NCBI GenBank assembly: GCA_028700115.1
Contig: JAQVTI010000005.1
Span: 1-32,000 of the forward strand
Direction: 5' to 3'
DNA from: Candidatus Iainarchaeum sp.
Lineage (GTDB): Archaea > Iainarchaeota > Iainarchaeia > Iainarchaeales > CSSED10-239
DNA: 32,000 nucleotides
The translations under genes were made by a program, and so were the position numbers. The notes under the pieces are model-generated. The model was not told the origin of the DNA, made no database searches, and saw nothing but the letters and a program-made list of their open reading frames with translations. Shown one piece after another: positions 1 through 8,165 of this stretch (within the stretch, counting starts at the first letter, position 1; the number at the start of each line of letters is the position of its first letter).

Positions 1-3000
1 AGAAGTAATAATTCTAACTTTTCCTTTAACTTTTCCTTTATATCCAATTTGTCCTTTTATTTCTTGAACTTTTGTTTCTTGTTTTTCTAAAGCTAAATTT
101 AATTTATCTAATGTTTTATTTATATCCCCTGTATATAATTTTCCTTGATAATAAACAAATCCTTTTTCTCTTTGTTTTATTTTTTTTAACATTAAAGATT
201 TATTTTTAACATCTCCATTAAATATATCATCTGGAAGAACAAATCTATATTTTCCTTCTAAATAAGGATATTTTGTTTCTATAAAATTTTTAAATAAAGG
301 TTCTAAACTTTCATTATATTCTTGTGTTTTTTCTCTTAATTTTAATGCTCTTTGTTTAATCTTTTTTGGAGCTTTAAGATATAGTTCATCTGAAAAAACA
401 AGTAAAAAATCAACATGTGTCCAATAATTACTATGATTTTCTAAAACAAATTTATATTCTTTAACTGAAGTAATAAATTTATTATGTTTAAGATATTCTT
501 TCAAATTAAAATATATTTTTTCAAAATTATCCATTAAATCATTTGCTTTACTATAATCTTCATTAATTTGTTTTTCTATATATTTAAAAGCAGTAAATAA
601 TTCTTTTTGATTATAATAAGAATCCACTAAATCTATGCCATTATAGATTAAACAATTATATTTTAAAGGATAACCAATTGCTTTTATATATTTAAAATAA
701 TGTGTAAACATTTTATTACATGCATAAACTCTAGATAAAGAATATTCTCTAGAATGTTCTTTATGTAATTGTATTTTATATTCTGATTCAGGAAGTTCTA
801 AATTGTCTTTTTTAAGAATAGTTTTTAATTTATTATAAGGATAAGCTTTTCCTTTATAAAAAATATAACCATTTTCTTTTCTATTCTTTATAACATATAG
901 TTCTTTTTTTGTAAAAGCTCTTTTAAATAAAATTAAAGCTTCAGAAGGTAAAATATAATCTACATATTCTTTATATTTTTTAAATTTATTATTAATTAAA
1001 TTTCTAAATATAATATCTACATTATTAATATAATTTTGAGTTTTTTCTCTATATTCTAAAGAAATTTTCTTAAATTTATTATCAACTCCAGAAATATTAG
1101 GAGAAACATAAAATACAGACATATAATTTAAAAAACGCCAAGTATTATCTAAAAATTCTTTTAATTCTTTTAAAGTTTTTATATTTTTTTCTAATTTAAA
1201 ATAAGCTTTTACTTTATCCCAATATTTATCATGCAATCTACTAATATTTGAAATATATTTCTTATCAGATTTATATTTATCAATTATATTTTCATAAATC
1301 TTATTTATAGAATTAAAATCATACCAGTAACTATTTGAATTATCTTTATTAATATAAATAAAATTATCTAATGAAAAATCCACAATGTATTTATCAGAAA
1401 CTTTATAATTACCCATATATTCTAAATAATTAAAAAATAAAGTTCTTTCTCTAGTATATAATTTAGTTAATTTTATTTGTTCAATTTTAGAATCAATTAC
1501 AATATTATCTTTTTTTAAAACTTTATTTAAATCTTTTAAATCATATAATTTACAATTATATAAAAAACTACCATTTTTTTTTCTATTTTCTATAGTTTTA
1601 ATCTCTTTTTTAGTTAAATTTCTATTTTCTAATAAATATACTTCTTCTGGTAAAATATGATATGCTAAATGTTTTAAATTAGAAAATTCATTTTCAAAAA
1701 AATCAACAAAAACAGAACCTATATCATTTACAAGATATTGTGTATTTTTTCTTATCTTCAAACATTTAGATTTATATTTTTGTGGGATTTCTTTAATTTC
1801 TGGAACTACATAAGTTACAGCCATAGGACCATAAAAATTAACTGCAGTTTCATAATATTTTTTTAATTCTTTAATATTTTTAATTTTCTTTTCTTTTTTT
1901 AAATAAGGTAATAATTTATTCCAAAATTTATAAAATTCTTTTTCAATCCATTCAAAATAGTCTTTTTTAGAATTATATTTATTAACAATACTTTTATTAA
2001 TTTCAATTAATTGTTTTTTATTATAATAACTAGAAATTAAATCAGAATTAGGATAAAACAAATAAACTAGATTTTCTACATTCTTACCAGTATACTTTTT
2101 ATTAATTTTGTAATTAGAATCACACCATAAACTACAATAAAAAATAGAATGCTCTCTTGTAAATGTTTTTTCTAATTTAATTATATTATTAAAACAGATT
2201 TTATTTTCATAAATTTCACAGTTATTTCTTTTATCAAGTATATCATTAGATTTTGTAATATTTTCTATGATTTCTAAAAATCTATAATTATTATTTTTTA
2301 CTTTATTATACAACTTATTTTGAACAGTAGGAAATAATTGATCTGTATTTGTTCTTAATTTTAAAGCTTTTTCACACAATTCATTATTTTTCATATCTCC
2401 TAATATAAAATTAATAATAAATCCAGAAAATAATAAAATCACAAACTTTTTATTAAAAACTAATTTTGAATTTTTTAATAATTTATTATAATTAAATTTA
2501 TATTCATCTAATAATTTATCTAATTCTAACTTATCTAATAAATTAAAACTTTCTTTCATCAATTTAATATTATTTTTAATAGTATATCCTTTTACAACTC
2601 CATTTTTATAATCTCCAAATGTATTATTTATATCTTTTCTATTCCATTTCAATATATTTTCACAAATATTTAAATAAGAAAATAACCAAATATCATACAT
2701 AAATATAGGAGTTTCTCTAGTAAATTCTAATTCAAATTCAATTTTATTTTCTGAAACATCTTTTTCTTTTTTAATTTTAATTTTGTTTTTCAAAGTTGTA
2801 ATTGGTCTTGATTGTGTAATATAAATTTTATTTTTTTCAATTGCCCATTCAATATCACAAGGAAAACTATAATGATCTTCAATCTTTTTAATAATTTTAG
2901 ATAAATCAATAATTTCTTTATCAGAAAGAACTTGACTTTCACTTACTTTTTGATCTAATTTTTCCCATTTCGTTCCTTTTCTAAGACATTTATATAATGC

Positions 3001-3729
3001 TTTTTTTTGAATATTTACATTTTTATCTAAAATTTCAAATTTATCTTTTAAAACAACATAAGAATCAGGAGTTACTTGTCCAGAAACAATTGCTTCTCCA
3101 AGACCATATCCTGCTTCAATTATCATTTGATTATAATCTTCAGTTACAGGATGAACAGAAAAAGCAATTCCTGACTTTTCAGAATCTACCATTTTTTGAA
3201 TAACTACAGCAACTGAAACGTTCTTATTATGTAATTTCTTTTCAAATCTATAAAAAATAGCTCTAGGAGTAAATAAAGATGCAAAACATCTTTTTACATT
3301 TTCAATTAATCTTTTTTCATTAGTATTTAAAAAAGTATCAAGTTGACCTGCCCAAGCTGCACTTTTTGAATCTTCAGAAGTTGCAGATGATCTAACAGCA
3401 ACATGTTTAGTTTTAAGTTTTTTAAAAGAAGAAATTATTTCTTTAGAAATATCTTTTGGCATTTCTTTTAAATTAATAAGAGCTTGTATTTTTTCAGATG
3501 CCTTTTCAATTGTAGAAACATCTTTTATTTTTACAGTTTTTAAAATAGACTCAATTTCAATATTTAAATCAGTTTCTTCTAAAAATCTATTATAAGCAGA
3601 AGACAAAACAACAAATCCATTTGGAACAGAAATACCAGAAGAATACATTTCTCCTAAAGAAGCTCCTTTTCCACCAGCAATTTCTACTGAGTCTTTGTTT
3701 AAATCTTTAAAAAATTCAATAAATTTCAT
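1..3729 (-). CDS. ppsA: Phosphoenolpyruvate synthase / PEP-utilising enzyme homologue, very long (>=1243 aa), partial: runs off the left edge
   Basis: ATG at complement(3727..3729). The frame stays open to base 1, so the ORF caller missed it because no stop lies inside the window. N-terminus MKFIEFFKDLNKDSVEIAGGKGASLGEMYSSGISVPNGFVV and ...HVAVRSSATSEDSKSAAWAGQVDTFLN..., ...SFPCDIEWAIEKNKIYITQSRPIT are hallmarks of the PPDK/PEP-synthase ATP-binding domain. The visible end ...GQIGYKGKVKGKVRIITS resembles the entry to the PEP-utiliser swivelling domain. Confidence 0.9.
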   Translation of the reverse strand, partial: MKFIEFFKDLNKDSVEIAGGKGASLGEMYSSGISVPNGFVVLSSAYNRFLEETDLNIEIESILKTVKIKDVSTIEKASEKIQALINLKEMPKDISKEIISSFKKLKTKHVAVRSSATSEDSKSAAWAGQLDTFLNTNEKRLIENVKRCFASLFTPRAIFYRFEKKLHNKNVSVAVVIQKMVDSEKSGIAFSVHPVTEDYNQMIIEAGYGLGEAIVSGQVTPDSYVVLKDKFEILDKNVNIQKKALYKCLRKGTKWEKLDQKVSESQVLSDKEIIDLSKIIKKIEDHYSFPCDIEWAIEKNKIYITQSRPITTLKNKIKIKKEKDVSENKIEFELEFTRETPIFMYDIWLFSYLNICENILKWNRKDINNTFGDYKNGVVKGYTIKNNIKLMKESFNLLDKLELDKLLDEYKFNYNKLLKNSKLVFNKKFVILLFSGFIINFILGDMKNNELCEKALKLRTNTDQLFPTVQNKLYNKVKNNNYRFLEIIENITKSNDILDKRNNCEIYENKICFNNIIKLEKTFTREHSIFYCSLWCDSNYKINKKYTGKNVENLVYLFYPNSDLISSYYNKKQLIEINKSIVNKYNSKKDYFEWIEKEFYKFWNKLLPYLKKEKKIKNIKELKKYYETAVNFYGPMAVTYVVPEIKEIPQKYKSKCLKIRKNTQYLVNDIGSVFVDFFENEFSNLKHLAYHILPEEVYLLENRNLTKKEIKTIENRKKNGSFLYNCKLYDLKDLNKVLKKDNIVIDSKIEQIKLTKLYTRERTLFFNYLEYMGNYKVSDKYIVDFSLDNFIYINKDNSNSYWYDFNSINKIYENIIDKYKSDKKYISNISRLHDKYWDKVKAYFKLEKNIKTLKELKEFLDNTWRFLNYMSVFYVSPNISGVDNKFKKISLEYREKTQNYINNVDIIFRNLINNKFKKYKEYVDYILPSEALILFKRAFTKKELYVIKNRKENGYIFYKGKAYPYNKLKTILKKDNLELPESEYKIQLHKEHSREYSLSRVYACNKMFTHYFKYIKAIGYPLKYNCLIYNGIDLVDSYYNQKELFTAFKYIEKQINEDYSKANDLMDNFEKIYFNLKEYLKHNKFITSVKEYKFVLENHSNYWTHVDFLLVFSDELYLKAPKKIKQRALKLREKTQEYNESLEPLFKNFIETKYPYLEGKYRFVLPDDIFNGDVKNKSLMLKKIKQREKGFVYYQGKLYTGDINKTLDKLNLALEKQETKVQEIKGQIGYKGKVKGKVRIITS
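90..2730 (-). repeat. Protein-level tandem module repeats (3 clear copies plus 1 shorter or degenerate copy) inside the PEP-synthase-like gene
   Basis: Anchor 1 (TREH/TRERT/SREYS-type) at complement 2713..2721, 2149..2160, 1441..1455 and 739..753. Anchor 2 (LKLRTNTD, LKIRKNTQ, LEYREKTQ, LKLREKTQ) at about 2341..2364, 1741..1761, 1036..1059 and 322..345. The spacing of the last three copies is about 702-714 nt (234-238 aa). Each also has I(K/L)P(E/S/D)(E/D)...I..R..G...Y.(G)K.Y. Confidence 0.8.
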
Positions 3730-3763
3730 ATAGATATATTATATATAATCTTTTTAAATAAAA

Positions 3764-4459
3764 CTATTTTCTTTCTAAAAAACATAAAAATCTTTTCTTA
3801 TAATTATTTGTACCATACTCAAGTCTTCTAATCTCTTCAATCTTAAAATCTTTAGAAAACAAACTAGTTATTTCTTTTTTAGACAAAGGATATGAATACA
3901 TATCAATTATTTCATTATAATAAATTTTTTTATTTTTAAAAGTCTCTTCAGATCTGTCAAAACAAAAAATTAAAATTTTAGAACCTTTTTTAGTTAGTTT
4001 ATTAAGGACTTTAAGATAATCTAATCTTTTTTCTGGAGAGATGTTATGAAAAAGCCCAGCATCTAATACAAAATCAAAAGGCTTTTTTGGCATCTTTTCA
4101 GAAAAGACATCTAAAGTCCTAAATTTAAGTTTATTTGAAACATATGTATTTTTTGCAATAGAAATAATTTTTGAAGAAATATCTACTCCTAAGACCTTAA
4201 AACCCTTTTTTACAAGAAAAAAAGAATAATACCCATTCCCACATCCAAGATCAATAGCTTTAGAAGGTTTAACCCACCCAGATTCAATAACCTCTTTAAA
4301 CCAAAAAGAGACTTTTGTTCTAATCCAAGGAAGTTTTTTTATATTTGTAGAAACATAAGAAGAATAAACTTTATTCCAATTGTTTTTATAATTTTTAAAA
4401 TTATTTATACTATTTTTAAAAATCATAATAAACCTACAAAATTTAATTATCAAAAACAA
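3764..4459 (-). CDS. Class I SAM-dependent methyltransferase
   Basis: Motif I AIDLGCGNGYYSFFLVKKGFKVLGVDIS, plus FDFVLDAGLFHNISPEKRLDYLKVLNKLTKKGSKILIFCF. The internal Met at about 4426 is a plausible true start and would remove the overlap with the upstream ORF. Confidence 0.8.
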   Translation of the reverse strand: MFLIIKFCRFIMIFKNSINNFKNYKNNWNKVYSSYVSTNIKKLPWIRTKVSFWFKEVIESGWVKPSKAIDLGCGNGYYSFFLVKKGFKVLGVDISSKIISIAKNTYVSNKLKFRTLDVFSEKMPKKPFDFVLDAGLFHNISPEKRLDYLKVLNKLTKKGSKILIFCFDRSEETFKNKKIYYNEIIDMYSYPLSKKEITSLFSKDFKIEEIRRLEYGTNNYKKRFLCFLERK

Positions 4460-4904
4460 TACTAGAAACTCTAGTAAATTTATCTGCTTCTTTTATTGAA
4501 TTTAAGACTATTAAATAATTTTTATAAGCATTTTTAAAATCATTTGTTTTTGTAAAAAGTTTATATTTTTTATTTTCATTTTCTAAAAAATAATTAAAAT
4601 ATGAATCTAATATTTTTGTTTTTGTTTGAAGATCTAAACAAGTTTGTTTAATATTTAACATTTTTTTTCTTAAAATAATTTTTTTAGAAGGATCATTTTC
4701 TATTAAATAAGTCTTAAGTTCATCTTTTCTTGTAAAGAAAAAATCTGATTTTAGAATATTTTCAAAAGCAGACAATATATCTTTTAAACTTTTATTTATC
4801 TCTTCAAATTCATCTTTTAAATCATTATATTCTTTAAACTTTTTTAGCTTTTCAAGTCTTTTTTTTTCTATTATACTCTTTATATATTTCTTCATAAATA
4901 TCAC
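4443..4904 (-). CDS. Hypothetical protein, charged and coiled-coil-like (153 aa)
   Basis: Open ORF in line with its neighbours, rich in Lys/Glu/Leu, with predicted helical character. No family recognised. Confidence 0.55.
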   Translation of the reverse strand: MIFMKKYIKSIIEKKRLEKLKKFKEYNDLKDEFEEINKSLKDILSAFENILKSDFFFTRKDELKTYLIENDPSKKIILRKKMLNIKQTCLDLQTKTKILDSYFNYFLENENKKYKLFTKTNDFKNAYKNYLIVLNSIKEADKFTRVSSIVFDN

Positions 4905-5059
4905 TAATTAAAAAAATTTCAAAAATATTTTAAATATAATTGTAGAAAGAAAGATATATAAAATAAACTTTCTTAAAAAAAGTAATTATTTAAAAAAATA
5001 AAAAAATAATAAATATTTAAAAAATAAAAAAAATATAAAAAAAATAAAAAAAAAGAATC

Positions 5060-5659
5060 CTATCTAGATCCTTGTGCAATTCTTTCAATTTCATCTTTTC
5101 TTTTAACAGCATAACTTTTTTGATCATTTTTAGATGCAGCAATAAGTTCTTCTGCTAAAGAAATTGCCATATCTTTTCTAGTTTTATATGTGGCTTTAAA
5201 TGGTGCTAATGCTATATTTTTCAAAGCTTCATCAAGTCTTTTTATTGGTGCAATATCAACTGCTTGATTATAAGTTATTCCACCTCTTTGAAGTCTAATA
5301 ATGTCTTCTCTAGGTGCTGAATTTTCTATTGCAGATATAAAAACTTGCATAGGATTTTCTTTAGTAACTTTATTAATATGATCAAATGCTAAATCTACTG
5401 CTTTAATCATTTTTTCTTTTTTTCCACAAGCAAATTTACCTCTTAAAAACTTACCAGAAAGTTTTTTTTTCCCTTGCCCAGATCTCATCATTTTATTTAC
5501 AAGTCTTTCAACAACAGGAACTTTTGCTTTTTCAACAAGTGTACTTTTATTAGATCCATAGGTATGTGGAACTTCTTTTTCTTTAAAAGAAACATATTTT
5601 GCAATACCTAAATCTTTACTTACAACATCATTTGTAGTCCATTTTCCAAAAATTAACAT
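5060..5659 (-). CDS. rps7: Small ribosomal subunit protein uS7 (archaeal)
   Basis: Contains NPMQVFISAIENSAPREDIIRLQRGGITYNQAVDIAPIKRLDEALKNIA and C-terminal KRKDEIERIAQGSR. Synteny with uS12. Confidence 0.97.
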   Translation of the reverse strand: MLIFGKWTTNDVVSKDLGIAKYVSFKEKEVPHTYGSNKSTLVEKAKVPVVERLVNKMMRSGQGKKKLSGKFLRGKFACGKKEKMIKAVDLAFDHINKVTKENPMQVFISAIENSAPREDIIRLQRGGITYNQAVDIAPIKRLDEALKNIALAPFKATYKTRKDMAISLAEELIAASKNDQKSYAVKRKDEIERIAQGSR

Positions 5660-5709
5660 ATCTTATCACTCTTATAAATTTTATAAGATTTTCTAAAAAT
5701 TTAGAAAAT

Positions 5710-6144
5710 CTATCTTTTAACCTTTTCTTTTTTACCTGATCTAAGCATTTCTAAAGATTGACCATTTACTTTTACAACCTTATACTTAACACCCCAAAGA
5801 TCCCCAACAGGACCTCCTTTTCTTCCACCAATTCCTTCAACTGTAACTTGATCATGAATTTCTATAAATTTAATAGCTTTATCTTTTGGTGCAAGTGCAG
5901 TAAGTTCTTTTCCATTTTTAATTAACTTAACTCTAACACATTTTCTAATCCCAGAATTAGGCTGTCTTGCAGTAATTCCTTTTTTTTCTAAAACAATTCC
6001 TTTTGCTTGAGGAGCACCTCTTAAAAGTTCTTTCTTTTCTTTTACTTTTACACTTCTTTTATGTCTAGGATCTTTTTTATTCCATTTTTTTCTATCTTTA
6101 ATATTTTTTTTTGCTGCAAATTCTCCGTTTGCCATAATCTTCAC
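5710..6144 (-). CDS. rps12: Small ribosomal subunit protein uS12 (archaeal)
   Basis: Contains [37 protein letters not shown] and [23 protein letters not shown]. The internal Met (MANGEFAA, start about 6135) may be the true start. Confidence 0.97.
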   Translation of the reverse strand: MKIMANGEFAAKKNIKDRKKWNKKDPRHKRSVKVKEKKELLRGAPQAKGIVLEKKGITARQPNSGIRKCVRVKLIKNGKELTALAPKDKAIKFIEIHDQVTVEGIGGRKGGPVGDLWGVKYKVVKVNGQSLEMLRSGKKEKVKR

Positions 6145-6164
6145 CTTAATTAACCATTTTACAA

Positions 6165-6659
6165 TTATTTCTTTTTAATTTTAACTAATTTTTTAAACAT
6201 TTCATCTTCTTGAATTGGTTTTTCATCTTCTTCTTTTTTTCTTATTTCTTTTAATTTTTTTACTTTTTCTTTTTCTATTTTTTTTTCTTCTTTTTTAGCT
6301 TTCTTTTCTGCTTTAATTTTTACTTTTGAATTTTCTTTAATAACTTCTTCTTTTGAATCAATAACATCCATAATTGAAGCTTGACCAAAATCAATAATTG
6401 CAAGAACAGAAACACTAAATGGTTTTCCACATACAGACCCAAGTTCATATCCATTCTCTGGATAAAATACCATTTTTATATTTAATAATTTTGCATAATA
6501 TTCTAATTGTTTTTTTTTAATATCTTTAATAGAAGAACTCACAACTATTAATTTTGGTTCTCCAACCAAACATTCTTTTATAGTTTCATTTATACCTAAA
6601 ACTATTTTCCCAGTATCAACTGTATTTCTTAATTGTGTATTAAATTTACTTAAATTCAT
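6165..6659 (-). CDS. rpl30e: Ribosomal protein eL30 (L7Ae/L30e fold) with a long Lys/Glu-rich C-terminal tail
   Basis: N-terminal ~100 aa [39 protein letters not shown].....[26 protein letters not shown]. Located directly after rpoA'' as in many archaea. Confidence 0.88.
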   Translation of the reverse strand: MNLSKFNTQLRNTVDTGKIVLGINETIKECLVGEPKLIVVSSSIKDIKKKQLEYYAKLLNIKMVFYPENGYELGSVCGKPFSVSVLAIIDFGQASIMDVIDSKEEVIKENSKVKIKAEKKAKKEEKKIEKEKVKKLKEIRKKEEDEKPIQEDEMFKKLVKIKKK

Positions 6660-6693
6660 ATATATTCACTTATTTTATTTTTTAAATATTCCA

Positions 6694-6768
6694 TATTTTT
6701 TATTTAGTTTAATATTTTTTATTTAACTTAATATTTTTTATTTAATTTAATATTTTTTTTATTTTAAA
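6694..6768. repeat. Short AT-rich tandem direct repeat, 19-bp unit, ~3-4 copies
   Basis: tattttttatttagtttaa (6694..6712), tattttttatttaacttaa (6713..6731), tattttttatttaatttaa (6732..6750), then a partial tattttttttattttaaa. Confidence 0.7.
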
Positions 6769-6948
6769 TATATAATAAAATATATTCTTAAATAATCTTA
6801 AAAAGAAATATTATTTTTAAAAATAAATATATTATTATAAACTTTCTTAAAAACTATAAATAAATTATTTAAAAATATACAAAAAGAAAAAACTCTTTTG
6901 ATATATATAATATAGTCTAAGAACATTTATAAATATTTATTAAAAAAA

Positions 6949-8118
6949 TTATTCCTCTTTTTCAATTAATTTTTCTTGTTTTTTTATCATTTTCTTTAAA
7001 TGTTTAGGATCTAATGTTAATTTAATATTTCCTGTTCCTGAAGAAATTGGTTGACCAACAATCATATTTTCAGTTATCCCAGTTAATGGTTCTATTTCCC
7101 CATAAAATGAAGCATTTAAAATATGCTTTACAGTTTCTTCAAATGAAGCTCTAGCAAATGGAGAATTTTTATGCCCAGTAATTCCTGTTCTAACAATTCC
7201 TTTTACTTTCCCACTAGCACACATTAAATCTGCAAGAACATAAATATGTCTTTTATTTAAACTAATTCCATTTGCCTTAAAAGTATAATATAACTCTCTT
7301 ACAATTGATTCTCTTGCAGCTTCTATTCCTAAAACTTTATTAATTTCATTAATATCATTAGTAACAGTTCTATTTAAATCAATTTCTTCAAGTTTTAAAA
7401 TTTCAGAAAGATTACTTCCTTTTGTAACAATAACTTTTTCTCCATTTTCTTCAATAATTACTACTTTTTCAATTGATTTAATTCCAAATAATGGTATTTT
7501 TTCCCATTTTAATAAAGATTTTCTTATTTCATATAAAGATGTAGATTTATCAAAAACAAAATTAATTCCATTTTTATTTGGTGTAAATCTTTTAGATGCA
7601 TAAATATCATCAATTTTATCATACACTAAAGTCATAACTTCTTCTTTATTTAAATCTAATTCTAAAATTTTTTCATCATTTGAAATAAATGAAACAGTTC
7701 TATTTTCAAAATCTTCTTCAAAATGTCCAATATCCTTAACTTTTATATCTATTAAAGAATTTACAAATTTATTTATTTGTTTATCATTTTTAAAAAAATC
7801 TTTATTAAGATATATTTTCATTGATGGATATTTTGCATTAAGTCTACCATCAACAATTTCTATAACTCTTTGTATTCCTTGACCAACAGAAACTTCTAAA
7901 GATCCTGCATAGTGTTTTGTTCTTAATGTTAATTGAGTTCCAGGTTCTCCAATTGATTGAGCTGCAATTAGTCCAATTGCATCTCCTGGAGTTACTAAAG
8001 AATCATTATATCTATTTGTAACAATTTCAATTAATTTTTTTTTTTTAGAATCTGTAAATTTTTTTTTCACACAATAATTTTCAATTCTATCCAAAATAAT
8101 TTTTGGTAATTCTCTCAT
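6949..8118 (-). CDS. rpoA2: DNA-directed RNA polymerase subunit A''
   Basis: Contains DAIGLIAAQSIGEPGTQLTLRTKHYAG, RHIYVLADLMCASGKVKGIVRTGITGHKNSPFARASFEETVKHILNA. Confidence 0.98.
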   Translation of the reverse strand: MRELPKIILDRIENYCVKKKFTDSKKKKLIEIVTNRYNDSLVTPGDAIGLIAAQSIGEPGTQLTLRTKHYAGSLEVSVGQGIQRVIEIVDGRLNAKYPSMKIYLNKDFFKNDKQINKFVNSLIDIKVKDIGHFEEDFENRTVSFISNDEKILELDLNKEEVMTLVYDKIDDIYASKRFTPNKNGINFVFDKSTSLYEIRKSLLKWEKIPLFGIKSIEKVVIIEENGEKVIVTKGSNLSEILKLEEIDLNRTVTNDINEINKVLGIEAARESIVRELYYTFKANGISLNKRHIYVLADLMCASGKVKGIVRTGITGHKNSPFARASFEETVKHILNASFYGEIEPLTGITENMIVGQPISSGTGNIKLTLDPKHLKKMIKKQEKLIEKEE

Positions 8119-8165
8119 AATTTTTCACATTTTTTTTAACATTTTTTAAAAATTTTTTTAAAAAA

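Noticed and set aside
2997-3203. 68-aa plus-strand ORF
   Set aside because: Lies antisense within the conserved ATP-binding domain of the PEP-synthase-like gene; low-complexity Leu/Gln composition; a shadow ORF.
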